A stretch of 63,864 nucleotides of DNA, filler included, from Octopus bimaculoides (Eukaryota): NCBI RefSeq assembly GCF_001194135.2. It is 6 parts of 6 records of this genome, joined end to end, with 100 filler letters (N's around TTAATTAATTAA, not from the genome) between each part and the next. Parts side by side here need not be neighbours in the genome. Positions count along the whole stretch, not along the records: positions 40,038 to 53,032 come from NC_069004.1; positions 53,133 to 60,581 come from NW_026354171.1; positions 60,682 to 61,939 come from NW_026329575.1; positions 62,040 to 63,864 come from NC_069009.1; 2 more parts are not named here. One strand, given 5' to 3'. This document shows, piece after piece, positions 50,111 through 62,941 of the stretch. The position numbers were made by a program, and so were the translations under genes. Positions within the stretch are counted from its first letter, which is position 1; each line of letters opens with the position of its first letter. The notes under the pieces are model-generated. The model made no database searches. It was not told the origin of the DNA and saw only the letters and a list, made by a program, of their open reading frames with translations.

Positions 50111-51799
50111 TCATATATATATACATATATATATATACATACATACATACATACATACATACACGTGCACGGGCACACACACATTTCTTATGACAAAATA
50201 TACAATAAATATCCTGCATCAAATTTTGTTTCATCTCTCGCGAATCTTCAGCAAGAAATAAACGAATCTGCTGCAATCATAAGCAGACGACAAAATTCTG
50301 CAAACGACAAAAATTCAAAAATTTCCCGACGGCACATTGGCAGTCCACTGTTATATACCTATATTAGCGTATGGAAGCCATCTCTCATAAGGCATTCTCT
50401 TTACAAAAAGTACGAATTAATAAGGGAAACAATATCTGTAAAGGTGTTAGAATAGCAATGAAAGCAAACGGAATGACGTTGTCTGCAGACGATAAGCGAT
50501 TTGGGGTATATAAGTCTTCAAAATAATATATATGTGTGTGCTGAGTATCTATGCTTTATGTACGGGTGGATTCTAGTTTCATTACTTTCAGTACTATTCA
50601 ATAGATACGTTATGCGTGTATGTATGTATGTACGTATGTATGTATGCATGTATGTATATACATATGTATGTATAACAAATAATAAATGAGTATATGCATA
50701 TATACGTACAAGTATGTGCATACCTGCATCTACCTGTATATATAGGTGCATATCTAGGTACAGGACATTGCAAAGAAAACGTAGACAAGAAAATAATAAT
50801 AACCAGAGTATAGAAAACACACAGGCCACATAGAGAACATTTTCCTTCCTTCATCAGCTACCCCCGTTTTAACACAGGCGTTTGTATATATATATATATG
50901 TATGTATGTGTGTGTGTATGAATACATGCATGTATGTATGTATGCATGTATGTATGCATGTATGTGAGTGTATGTATGTACGTATGCATACATGTATGTA
51001 TATATGTGCGTATGTGTGTATATATGTATGTATGCATGTATGTATGCATACATGTATATATGTACTCATGCATGTATGTATGTATATATGTATGTATGTA
51101 TGTGTGTGTATGTATTGATGTATGTATGCATGTATGTATGTATTTCTGTATGCGCGTCTGTATTGTATGTATATCCTATCAATATTTATACACACACACA
51201 AAAACATACACACACGCATATACAGAAGCATTTAGCTAGTGTATATGAATAAAAGACAAGATTTTGAGACAGAAAAAAAAAACGGATCAACAACATCGAC
51301 AACAACAACAACAACAACAACAACAGCAATAACAATAACAGTATTACTAATATAGGCAAGAAAGTAAGGAAGCATTTAATGGCAAGAATGCTAAAATTGC
51401 TCTACAGATAACACTGGCATAAAACACATACATGTGCAAGCACACATACATACATACACATATACGCAAGCACACATACGTACACACACACACACATATA
51501 TATACACACGTATATATTTATATATAACTTTGTGGGGTACATTTTTCTCGTAAATAAACAGTCATCATAATATCTCCATAAATGTGACACACACACACAC
51601 ACACATCACACACGTACACACATACAAACACAAACACCCTCTCCTCTATCTTTCTCTCTGTCTCTGTGTGTATGTGTGTATTAATGTATGTATGTATGTG
51701 TGTGTGTGCGTGGGCGCAAGTGTTAAAAATTGTATTTCAAAGTATTCGCGTATATACACACACACACATACACACATACCAACACACACACATATATGC

Positions 51800-51840
<41 letters not shown>

Positions 51841-52966
51841 ATATCAATAAAATGTAGTGTGCGCGTGCATACATACATACATGCATATATACATAGACAC
51901 ACACACGCACACACACAGACACACACACACACACACACTTTCATGTGAAATTGAAAGGTATTGTGTTTATTTTTCCGGGATTGACTAAAAATAAATACGT
52001 ACACACACACACACACACCTTCACATACACACAAATATATGCACATACATATATCCTTATATATATATATANNNNNNNNNNNNNNNNNNNNNNNNNNNNN
52101 NNNNNNNNNNNNNNNNNNNNNNNNNNNNNNNNNNNNNNNNNNNNNNNNNNNNNNNNNNNNNNNNNNNNNNNNNNNNNNNNNNNNNNNNNNNNNNNNNNNN
52201 NNNNNNNNNNNNNNNNNNNNNNNNNNNNNNNNNNNNNNNNNNNNNNNNNNNNNNNNNNNNNNNNNNNNNNNNNNNNNNNNNNNNNNNNNNNNNNNNNNNN
52301 NNNNNNNNNNNNNNNNNNNNNNNNNNNNNNNNNNNNNNNNNNNNNNNNNNNNNNNNNNNNNNNNNNNNNNNNNNNNNNNNNNNNNNNNNNNNNNNNNNNN
52401 NNNNNNNNNNNNNNNNNNNNNNNNNNNNNNNNNNNNNNNNNNNNNNNNNNNNNNNNNNNNNNNNNNNNNNNNNNNNNNNNNNNNNNNNNNNNNNNNNNNN
52501 NNNNNNNNNNNNNGTAATTTTTGGTGGTGGTGGCCGTTGTGGAGGTTCTAGTAATGGTGGGGGCGGTGTTGATGACGTTGATGGTGGTGGTGATTGCGCT
52601 GGTTATGGTGGCAGTAGTGGTAATGGTTGTGGTTGTAATTGTTGTTGTTGGTGGTGGTGGTTGTGTTGGTGAATGTGATAGTTGCGTTGCTGTTGTAGTG
52701 GTTGGTAGTGGTTTAGACGGTGGCAGTGGTGGTGGTGGTAGTAGTAGTGGTGATGATGACGGTGAAGGTGGTGATTGGGGTGGTTGTGGTGATGCTTGTT
52801 GTGGTAGCTGTTGTGGTGGTAGTGGTAGTCAGTGGTTGTGACCGCCGGAACAAATTATGCAAGACAATTCTATTCACTCATCATCATTGTCATCGTTACC
52901 ATCATCATCAACACCGTCACCACCACCATCATATACTTATAAGTATACATGAATGTACATATGTAT

Positions 52967-53032
<66 letters not shown>

Positions 53033-53152
53033 NNNNNNNNNNNNNNNNNNNNNNNNNNNNNNNNNNNNNNNNNNNNTTAATTAATTAANNNNNNNNNNNN
53101 NNNNNNNNNNNNNNNNNNNNNNNNNNNNNNNNAATCTTATCCCTACAACCCA

Positions 53153-54060
53153 AACACAAAAACAATAAATTAAAATATCATCATTTCTAAAAATAGATTT
53201 GACATCAATTCTAAAAATAGCCAAACACCTACTGCTGCTGTCCAAAGGAATTGGTATAAAAGACAGAAAACCAGCCAACTTATTAGTCTGTTAAAGTCTG
53301 TCATACCGGTCATGACGAAGGGAAATAGCCCTGAAACTTGAGTCGCTTTTATATATTTATATTTATATTTATATATTTGATCCTTTATATTGAACACTCA
53401 ATATTTCATCTACATTCAATACTTTATTTCATGGTGCCATCCATTTTTATTTTATTTTCTTTTACATTTCTTCATTCCATTATAGTATTTCTAACAACAT
53501 TTTAATTATCTTTATAATTCCTATGGTATTATTTACAAAGTTACTATCTACCAATTACATTTTTATTATTATCCATATTCTTTTATTATAGCCCCTTTTT
53601 TTATTATGCTTTTTATCCATAATATTTCTCTTTTATCCATTTGCTTTCATATATTTTCTTTTCATTGTACGCTTTTAATTGTATACTTCTTTATTTATTG
53701 ATAAGATGACCACTATTATTCCACCCCCTCCCTATAGCAGAATCTCAGACTTTGTGTCAATATCATATAACATTCTGCCAATAAAGCAGGCAGATAAAAG
53801 GCTTTAAAAATAACTGGGTAACCTTAAATTTTACATTAAACCCCAAAACTCTTGTTGAATTGAATTTAAAAAATAAATAGGACTAACTCTATCTTAATTT
53901 CAGGAATGAGATGCTTAGCCGTCTGATCCCCACTATCCATCAATGCTATAAATCTTAGGTACCCTGCGACCCACTCATGACATCACATTATCTTCTGCTG
54001 TAATACTATCCATTAAAACTAACAAACTGGGGGAATGACCAGCAAGGCTTGTAGAATCAT
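53153..54060 (+). mobile_element. degraded Penelope-like element (5' region and RT N-terminal remnant)
   Basis: Remnants IKQADK, LGNLKFYIKP and PTIHQ..VPCDPL resemble the PLE RT motifs IK.ADKG, .FY.KL and PKIHK..P.RPI; hammerhead-like motif upstream. Confidence 0.45.
53312..53344 (+). ncRNA. degenerate minimal hammerhead-ribozyme-like motif
   Basis: (A)TGACGA-AGGG-aaatag-CCCT-GAAAC-ttga-GTC: C3>A, 4-bp stem II, 2-bp stem III, GUC site; stem I ~1 bp. Confidence 0.4.
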
Positions 54061-54350
54061 GAAGGTGCATATGCTGTTGATTTTTGAATGTTTCTAAATG
54101 TTGTGGTTCATGTATTCACCTGATGAAAATGGTTTTTTTCTAATGATGTAATGTCTCCATTAATCAATTAAAAATTTGTTGAAAACAGCTGTAGTGAATT
54201 GACACATCCATCTGTTGTTATTTATTTATGTATTGATGTATGTATATACATTCTTGGCACCTAATTTAATCAATAATTACAGCAATGAAACAAAACATTG
54301 CTAATGAATTAGTAATTTAACAATTAAACTAGCTGCCATAAATACATTAA

Positions 54351-54491
54351 AGGGCACTGTCATGCTATTAGCTGTCAGAAGTGAAAGTGCTCACTGCTAG
54401 TGAAGTATCTGTCTGTCTGCCTGCCTGTTGCTGGCCTGTCAATTCTTTGGCTACTGACAGCTAATACCATGACTGGCTGGAACGAGCTATA

Positions 54492-54550
<59 letters not shown>

Positions 54551-54975
54551 TACTCGAAAGTCCGCGCTAGCTAGTCGTGAGTGGTCGATCCTATTATCTT
54601 TAAACTTCAAACTTCATTTGTTTTCTATTTTGATAAATTCTCTCTGTTGAAAATTATATTTTTATATTTTAAATAATTTGCAATTTCAGGAAATATGTTT
54701 TTATATTAAATTTGTGTTTTCTAATAAGGTGGACAAGTGATTGATAGATAGATAGATAGTAGATAGATATCAGTAAGTAAGTAAGCCAATAGCTCCTCCA
54801 GCCAGTCATGGTATTAGCTGTCAGTAACCAAAGAATCGACAGGCAGGCAGACATATAGCTCCGGCCAGTCATGGTATTAGCTGTCAGTAGCCAAAGAATC
54901 AACAGGCAGACAGGCAGATACTTCACTAGCAGTGAGCACTTTCACTTCTGACAGCTAATAGCATGATAGTGCCCA
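54351..54975. mobile_element. Kolobok-like non-autonomous element: TTAA TSD, ~150-bp TIRs
   Basis: TTAA|AGGGCACTGTCATGCTATTAGCTGTCAGAAG ... CTTCTGACAGCTAATAGCATGATAGTGCCCA|TTAA; ~60-bp tandem duplication in the right arm; RR start fits Kolobok rather than the CCC start of piggyBac. Confidence 0.65.
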
Positions 54976-55955
54976 TTAAAGATATATCCAAATTGATCTA
55001 CTAATTTGCTAAAGTGGATTTATAAGCAGTAAGTTCATAGACAGTTAGAGAGGGTATGCAATCCTTGATGAACTTCCAATACGAGGAGAGAAATTACTTT
55101 ACTAGTTTACTCTTTTTCTGCCCATAAAAACATATATGCATGCTAAACATTCATTGTGGTTAAAACTCTATAGATATTTTCTGTTAGTCCAGTATAGCAC
55201 TGAAATTATAAGTAAATTATTACTGAAAATATTTTGAATGAATTATCAAACAAAAATAGTTGAGGAATATCCAGACAGCTATTAATCTCATGTCCCTAAG
55301 TTAAAACTTAACAGGCTCATTAGATGCTAATGAAGAAGCCAAATCTACTTCATGTCATACAATACTAGCTTACAAAAGCAAAGATGCATTGAATAAATGA
55401 CCAGATGATCAATGCTCGAATGCTTTTGATTATAAGTCTACTAGATCAGAGTTGACCTGAACGACTGGGAATGCCCCTACACTCTTCATGGTTGAATGGG
55501 TATATCAGGATGAACATCAAATTCGTTAAAACAACTTATGTGCTAACATTTCTGTCAAATCATTACTCACTTAACCATTGAAAATCTTTGAACAAACTTG
55601 AAAGATTTCCAAAAATTAAAACACACATTGATATAGATCTTTATAAGATTTCTTTACGGTATATTTTAAGTAACTTTACAATCTCATTTAATGGTGATTT
55701 CTAACTTTGATACTTGACTAATGTTATTTTAATTACCTAATGATATTAATGGAAACAGGAGAGGCAATTTTCATTTTGCATTAAAATAGTTTCCTTCTAC
55801 ATAGAATAGTTTCCTTTTAACATTTGGCTTTCTTATAAATAAATATTTTCTTCTAATTCATCATACGTCACATATAGCACTGTGCATGTAGTCTGATCTG
55901 TATCATATGCAAGCTGGTATAGGATAATTAATGAGAAGATGTATAGGAGGCAAAC

Positions 55956-56064
55956 CTTTTTCATTGTTTTCTGATACTCCATTAGTTAATTTATCCTTAG
56001 AGCAATTGCTTGAAAGAGACTCTTGTTTCCTCAACAATCTTTGTTTATCTTTTTCTTTCTTTGA
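55956..56064 (-). CDS. DAAM: DAAM-type formin exon (SKKEKDKQRLLRKQESLSSNCSKDKLTNGVSENNEK-G), post-FH2
   Basis: Acceptor atatttcag, donor G|GTTTGC, 109 nt, phase 0-1; in frame with the previous exon; ends where DAAM has ..G-EFDDL. Confidence 0.8.
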
Positions 56065-56504
56065 CTGAAATATATAAAAAAAAAACAAACAAACAAAAAA
56101 ACATTGAAGACATTCCAATATTGTAATCAAGTAAAGTCAAAGAATATACTTCATAAAAATAATGAATACACATGAGAATGAAATGACTTATTTAGTGAGA
56201 TCTATAACATATTAGGCTTAAGGGAACCACTAAGGTTAAATTACTGTAAGATGATAATATTTTGTAAATTTATAAGAATGTATTAATGTTATTGTTTCAT
56301 GGCACACATACGTTCCTGTATTCTCAAAGATGCATATGTAATTTAAATAACTGACACCAGCTGGATAAAAAAAAGTACTCTGTGTGGACAATAGAAGGCA
56401 CATGTGGCAGGAGGGAGACCATATTTCAGGTCTTGCTAACACTATTTTTTTTTCTGGATTAAATTTAATTTTTGTTGAATTCAATAGAACTGAAGATTAC
56501 TAAC

Positions 56505-56669
56505 CTGCTCTAGTTTGGCCCGTTTTTCTTCCTCAATCTTCTTCAGCTTTTGTTTATCATTATCATTCTTTGCTTCAGCAAATGATATCAAGAATGTATC
56601 AAGTACTGAGAAAAATTCATCAGGTTGTTGATTGGGATCTTCGCAGAAAGATTTCAAAGCTCTCTCATA
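56505..56669 (-). CDS. DAAM: DAAM-type formin exon, FH2 end and coiled coil (YERALKSFCEDPNQQPDEFFSVLDTFLISFAEAKNDNDKQKLKKIEEEKRAKLEQ)
   Basis: AG/GT bounded, 165 nt, phase 0-0; matches the DAAM pattern QPDEFFGIFDQFLQAVSEAKQENE..EEEERRARME. Confidence 0.92.
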
Positions 56670-57227
56670 CTGTTCAAAGATAGTTAAGTACATTAAATCA
56701 TTTAATATTTATTTAAGCATTTATTACTTTGGACTAGGCATAACTATTATTGGCACAATACATGAGTTTGAATTTTTGGAAACTATACTTACACTTAGAG
56801 ATTTAAGCTCAGAACACTGAAATACAGAACTATCTTACTTTATTAATTGATATTAATGTTGTAATTTGATTAGTTGTGTCAAGTTATAATTTGATTAGTT
56901 GTGTCAAGCATGTGCTCAGATCAAGGCCAGTATACTTCCTATATGCAAAATATCATCAATATCAGTCAACCTCATTTCTTTTCTTCACAGAGAGTAAGAT
57001 ATCAATATTATACAGCCAGTACAAAGTCCAAGAAAACTAGTGGTCTGCATCAAATATCATTCAATAAACTTTACAAGTTTGAATAAATACATTTGCTTGG
57101 TGCTGTCCAGAACAACAAATTTCTCTAAAGAATTGCCTTCAGAACTTGCAGCAAACAAATTTATTCAAACTGCAAAATTCATTAATATTATAATCTTATT
57201 AAAAGAGATTTGGTCTGAGATACTTAC

Positions 57228-57359
57228 TTTTTGCTTCATTTCTGCATAGGACTCTTCTAGTTCAGAAAAATTGTAGGCAGCTACTGTTATAAAATCTGTC
57301 ATTACTGAAATAAATTTATCCCTGCTGTCTGTGTTATGTGACCTCAAGAATTCTAATTC
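57228..57359 (-). CDS. DAAM: DAAM-type formin FH2 exon (ELEFLRSHNTDSRDKFISVMTDFITVAAYNFSELEESYAEMKQK)
   Basis: ttttgcag / GTAAGT, 132 nt, phase 0-0; matches DAAM DKFVSVVSQFITVASFSFSDVED. Confidence 0.93.
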
Positions 57360-58227
57360 CTGCAAAATTAAATCAAATGGATATTCAAATTAGAGCTGTG
57401 AAAAAAATACACAGGTTTCAGTGAGTTGGGGCAGAACAGTTGTCATTCCACATTGTTATATGCATTGTTATTTTGGTCTAGTGCTGCTGTAGGTGCAAAT
57501 ATTGGTTTATTTCTTGTTTAGCTGGTTATTTCACAAGTCATGACATGTCTACAGATTTCTGTATCTGAGCAAATATATTTCAACTTAGCTCAGAATGTTG
57601 AAGAGTATTCATTGCTGAGGAAGTCAAATGAGGAAGAAGTGCTGAGTTTGATGATCTGCTGCCCTTGTTCTGAGTGAACTCTGTATTTTTTTTTTACACA
57701 GCTCTCTTTAAGAGATGGGATCTTTCAGCTACTGCTGGTCTACATCGTAACACATACTATCCTTTTGATCAAGTGCGATTTTAGGTGCATATATTGGTTT
57801 AATAATTATTATTCTATGTGCCCCATTGTCAAAATAGTTCAGAGTAGAAAATATGAGCCTCCTCATCACAAGCCTGAGAGGTAACATTCCACACTGGAAT
57901 CTTACAAGAATTAAGGACAAAGGTGACAAAACACTGAATTTTGCATGCATAACTTGTAGGGAAACTGTCATTTATTAGCTGGTTTCACAATACACTATAA
58001 GGGACTTGAACTGCCATGGGGTGTGTTTTTCTTTTTTTTTTTTATTTCCTAAAATTGCTTGATGTTAGCTATAGTTGATTGTAGGAAATGTGAACAGTAG
58101 AGATGTGCTTTCAATTACATAGACAGCTTTCTGGTATTAAAAAACCCCACATAAATTAGGAAATTCAGCAGTCAGAATGTCTAATGTTCACTTTTTATTG
58201 TTTATATTAGTTACACAAACTGCTTAC

Positions 58228-58288
58228 CTTTTCAATGTCACTAAGGCCTTTTCTGATGAATGCCAAATCTTTCTCAAGTTCAATAAAA
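58228..58288 (-). CDS. DAAM: DAAM-type formin FH2 exon ((N)FIELEKDLAFIRKGLSDIEK)
   Basis: attttcag / GTAAGC, 61 nt, phase 2-0; matches NMTELDKEISTLRSGLKAVE. Confidence 0.9.
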
Positions 58289-59176
58289 CTGAAAATTACA
58301 CAAGGCATTTAAGATCATTAAAATTAAGTTAAAAAGTGTTTACCCACAACACAAAAATACCATGAAAAGTAAAATTGATTATAAGTCAAGAAAATATAAA
58401 ACAAAAGGGAGTAGCTCAAAATACATGTCTTAATTTATTGCAGTATGATGTTTATTTTCAAGTTGGTGTAAGTTGGAAAAATTTGTGCTTGTTTATTTTT
58501 CAGTATCCATATCATATCATTAATTTCACATCTAACCATCTAAAGTTTGATTTTATGATTTCATCCAAAGTGCACTTACTGCTTTATGACATCTAACAAC
58601 ATTCTCCTGCACAAACAAAATAGCAGTTAACATTTATTGACAAAGTTGTCATTCTTTTATACAATCACCAGCATCAAATTCTCTTAATTCACTTGAACTC
58701 AACTATTGATTTATTGTAACTCAAATGAAGAAATTGCACTATTGTCTTTTCTTAGTGCTTGTCTTAAGGTTAATCTTGCTATTTCTCTCCATATTTTGCC
58801 TGTTAAAGGTGTTTTTTGCATTATTCAGTTACCCATCTACAGAATTCTGTTCAAAGAATTTCTTTAAAAATTTTTCTCCATTAAACTATATTTGTAAGAA
58901 AAGAATATAATTCCATAAAAAAAAGTAAACTTTCTTTAAATTACCACTGAAATGTTTCAGGAGTTGAAATTGTCACTGACTGATGTTTTTTGTAATGTAT
59001 TTGATTAAAAATTGATGTTTCTCTTTCTGCATGTAATTCAATTAATTTCTAATGCAGTATGTTAGCAATGGCTGCCTTAAAACAAGTAGCATAAAGTAGT
59101 GATAAGTAAATACTTAAGATGCTTTAATTAATAGTTGCTCAAAATGAATTACTACAAATAATCAATGATGACTTAC

Positions 59177-59238
59177 TTGACTTTGGAAGCAATCTTAACA
59201 TGGCTTAAATCTTCTTCAAGGTTGGTAACTTCTGGAAA
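59177..59238 (-). CDS. DAAM: DAAM-type formin FH2 exon (FPEVTNLEEDLSHVKIASKV)
   Basis: cttaag / GTAAGT, 62 nt, phase 0-2; matches YPSVLNLNEELRDIPQAAKV. Confidence 0.88.
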
Positions 59239-60119
59239 CTTAAGATGAATATTAAAATATTGATTTATTTTAATTAAACACATGTCAATTTTGAAAAACT
59301 TAGGCCTAAAAGGATGTAAGCAAAGTCAGTTGAAAGGATCTGAACTAAATACTGTATTTCTTTCATTCAGTTGATTATTGAAATCTGTGTAATATTGAAA
59401 AGCTACATACATTTGCTACAGGGATACTTTGTGAGTACAACAGCAATCCAGAGAAAGCATGATTTTGAATAGGCGCAATATTATTGTAAGTAACGTATTG
59501 GCTTCATTTGAAAGATGGCCAGTTTGTATCACATTATTGAGAAATTCTATCTCCTTTTTCTCATTAGCAGCAGAATAAGTAATATCAGAATAAAAGGAAG
59601 AGGTTTATTTTTCTCCTCTAGAATGCACTTGAAACTTAAGAATTGCTTGGAGGTCCTCAAAAGATGTAATAGAATCATTTTACTCAGAAAGTGGCTAATA
59701 TTACTTTGGTTATTAAGTGATAATATTACTGAAGTGGACAAGTGAGAGTACTGCCATAATGAAGGTTAAGGAGAAGTAGAAAGTTAACTAAAAAGAACAT
59801 GGACCTAGCAGTAGAAAGCTGAGTGTAACTGTGGATGGGTAAACAACTTTGGAAAGGTGAGATGAAAAATTAGGGTAACTATGAGAAAGGTGAAATGTAG
59901 GCTAAGTACAAAAGATGAATGTAATTATGTAGAGGTAAAAAGAGAGGAGAATAAAACCATATAAAGGTGAAGAAAAGGATGGGTAAAATTGTAGAGCAGT
60001 ACAGAAGAGGATTCAATATATAACTAAAGAGAGAGTGATGTAGCAGCTGTGAAGCAACAAGGTCAGGTCAGGTGAGGAGGCATGTGCTGTTGCAATGTGT
60101 TGCTGCATTCACTATTTGT

Positions 60120-60420
60120 TGGTATATTCCCAGTTCCTCCTGGGCAACCCACTGAGCAGAGTCCTACTCAATTCCCATCTCCATGAGATGTCTCCTCAAC
60201 TACTGTGACCATGAAGCATGCGGTTGACCAACACAAGCTGTCAACCCAGCTGGGTCCTTATTGAAGAGAACATGGTAATCAAGATCTAACTCAGAAAATT
60301 GAGCAACATGGCCAAACAGTCTGAGCTGGTATTCCCAAATCATACAAGTAACAGGATGCATCTCAATTTCTGAATCATTGTGCTGTGTAAGGACCAGCAT
60401 GCCAAAGAATAGACACAATG
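60120..60420 (-). mobile_element. non-LTR retrotransposon 3' remnant (RTE/RTEX-like, different family)
   Basis: VTCMIWEYQLRLFGHVAQF...VGQPHASW resembles the RQLRLFGHVAR...GRPR.SW pattern. Confidence 0.6.
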
Positions 60421-60681
60421 TCTCCTGTGTGTCTTGTCAAAGGTGACTAAAGTTGAGATAGGATTTGTACTCCAGCCTTGTAAAACTTACCAGCCACAAC
60501 CTCTTACTGAATGGAAAAAACCCTGGAGTACAGGATGGGCCAGAGGGTTGTTGCCTGAGTGATGTAAAGGAGTCATCCATCNNNNNNNNNNNNNNNNNNN
60601 NNNNNNNNNNNNNNNNNNNNNNNNNTTAATTAATTAANNNNNNNNNNNNNNNNNNNNNNNNNNNNNNNNNNNNNNNNNNNN

Positions 60682-61353
60682 CGTCATCATCATCCTTGTT
60701 TCCTTGTTTAATGTCCGCTTTCGATGCTGGCATGGGTTAGACATTTCGACTGAGGACTGGCGAGCCAGAAGGCTGCACCAGGCTCCAATCTGATCTTTCA
60801 GAGTTTCTGCAGCTGGATGCCCTTCCTAACAACAACCACTCCGAGAGTGTAGTGGGTGCNNNNNNNNNNATGCCCTTCCTAACAACAACCACTCCGAGAG
60901 TGTAGTGGGTGCTTTTTACGGGTCACCTGCATGAGGGCCAGTCAGGCAGTACTCGCATTGACCACACAGGAATGGTGCTTTTTAAGTTCCACTGGCACAG
61001 GAGCCAGTCAGGTGGCACTGGCAATGACCATGTTCGAATGGTGCTTTTTACGTTCCAACAGCACGGGACCAGTCAAGCAGCACTGGCATCAACCATGCTA
61101 AAATGGTGCTTTTGACGTGTCACCAGTACGGGTGCCAATCAAGTGGTACTGTCATTGGCTATGACAATGACTTCACTTGCCTCAACAGGTCNNNNNNNNN
61201 NACAAGTGCATTGTTTGAAAAAAATAATTGAAGGGTACTCTTAAATGGGCTGGTTATGCTGCACTAACATAGGCCACAGTTATGGCCTCACTTGGCTTGC
61301 CAGGTCTTCTCGAGCACAGCATATCTCCAAAGGTCTTGGTCACTAGTCATTGC
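60682..61353 (-). mobile_element. RTE 3' UTR / partner SINE, broken by small gaps
   Basis: Homologous to 15893-16450. Confidence 0.8.
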
Positions 61354-61381
61354 NNNNNNNNNNNNNNNNNNNNNNNNNNNN

Positions 61382-61899
61382 ATAAACTCTCGTCTAAATT
61401 ACGCAAAAATGAAAATAACACTTACATCTCATTTTAACAAATATATTTACAAAAATTACATAAAAATATCTAGAAATACTAAAGAGTAAATTTATTCAAT
61501 ANNNNNNNNNNTTTATTCAATAAAATCGTCATTGGCTTCAACCATGGCCTCCAGACGACTTTGGATTCTCTTGCACCTTTTCTGGATGACTTTGGAATCT
61601 CTTGCAACTCTTCTAGATGTCCGTCTTGTTTAAGTTGGTCAATGCTGCCATAATCCTTACCTTCAGTTCTTCTTTGGTGTTAAAAGGAGTTTTGTTTGTC
61701 TCTTGTCCAACCCACACATAATAATACTGAGAAGCAGTACAGCATGTCGTTTCCAAAGTTCTGGCAGAGTGAATTGCATCATGGTGCTGTTTTTCTCAAA
61801 GATGTTGCCCAACTGATCTTACTTTATTGTGCAGTCGACAAAATCAAAAACAAACAATGCACATGTGCAAAATTAAAAATATGAAATAGTGACACTCTG
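61382..61899 (-). mobile_element. maT/DD37D-like Tc1-mariner deletion derivative
   Basis: 5' TA|CAGAGTGTCACTATTT at 61899; remnants YYVW..QETNKTPFNTKEELKVRIMAALTNLNK and RIQSRLEAMVEANDDFIE*. Confidence 0.75.
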
Positions 61900-62166
61900 T
61901 ATACATGTTTGTGGGTATGTATGTGTGTATGTGTGCGTGNNNNNNNNNNNNNNNNNNNNNNNNNNNNNNNNNNNNNNNNNNNNTTAATTAATTAANNNNN
62001 NNNNNNNNNNNNNNNNNNNNNNNNNNNNNNNNNNNNNNNTTGGTCGGCCCGAGGCTATAGTAGAAGACACTTGCCCAAGATGCCACGCAGTGGGACTGAA
62101 CCCGGAACCATGTGGTTGGTAAGCAAGCTACTTACAACACAGCCACTCCTACGCCTATAGAAATAA

Positions 62167-62202
<36 letters not shown>

Positions 62203-62691
62203 ACCAAGTGGAATTTACGAATCAGAGAAAGAAAACCTTTATTTAAAGGTTTTGGAACGCTGGAAAGACACCAGAGCGATGGCAATCGGAAATGGTTGTC
62301 CCACAAAATATACAAATATTCGATGTTTGAAAGTGTTTCGGTACCAAAAACACTACAAAAAAAATGTTGCCCGTCAAACCCCAAAGATCCATTCTTTTCC
62401 TTCCTCCTCTCTTCATCTGCTTCTCCCTGCCCCCTCCTTTTATCATCGTCTTCTTTTTCTCCTACTCTTCCATGTTCTTTTCTTCTTTTTCTCCTACTTC
62501 CTCTTACTTTTCTCTTGTATTCATCTTATCTTTCTCCTCTTTCCTTCTTCCTCCTCCTCCCTTTCAAGAAGAAGAATTGGAAGAAGAAGAAGAATTGGAA
62601 GAAGAAGAATGGGAAGAAGAAGAAGAAGAAGAAGAAGAAGAAGAAGAAGAAGAAGAAAGAGAAGGGTAAGGATATGAAAGAGGTAAAAAGT

Positions 62692-62941
62692 TGTTATTTT
62701 ATGTAAAAAATTGTCGTATTTCGGTAATTTCAACCAATCACTGACGTCTATTGAGGTGAAAACAATTACGCCGAAAACCCGAACCCTAACCCTAAAACCC
62801 TAAACCCTTACTAGGGAATAATGATATAATTAAACAGGGAATAACACACTTGACACCGAACAGTAGTAACTGTATTCAGCTGAATAGACGTCAGTGATTG
62901 GTTGAAATTACAGAAATACAACAACTTTAACATGAAATAAC
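62692..62941. mobile_element. MITE with ~75-bp TIRs and telomere-like (AACCCT)n spacer
   Basis: TTGTCGTATTTCGGTAATTTCAACCAATCACTGACGTCTATT mirrored at 62883-62924; spacer AACCCGAACCCTAACCCTAAAACCCTAAACCC. Confidence 0.8.

Noticed and set aside
56862-56910. 25-bp tandem duplication in a DAAM intron (similar small duplications at ~13408-13445 and ~39480-39530)
   Set aside because: Ordinary slippage-type duplications with no sign of function
57640-57680. GAGTTTGATGATCTG (EFDDL), resembling the DAAM DAD start
   Set aside because: Wrong strand, located in an upstream intron, and followed by LPLF* rather than SALR
59515-59745. ORFs near the DAAM exon containing ILLHLL, as the preceding FH2 exon
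   Set aside because: No SLNK..DTKS/TLLHYL match and no usable splice sites; looks like decayed repeat
60820-60912. Apparent tandem duplication across a 10-N gap (also at 43900-43926 and 61490-61522)
   Set aside because: Identical sequence on both sides of tiny gaps indicates unmerged contig overlap
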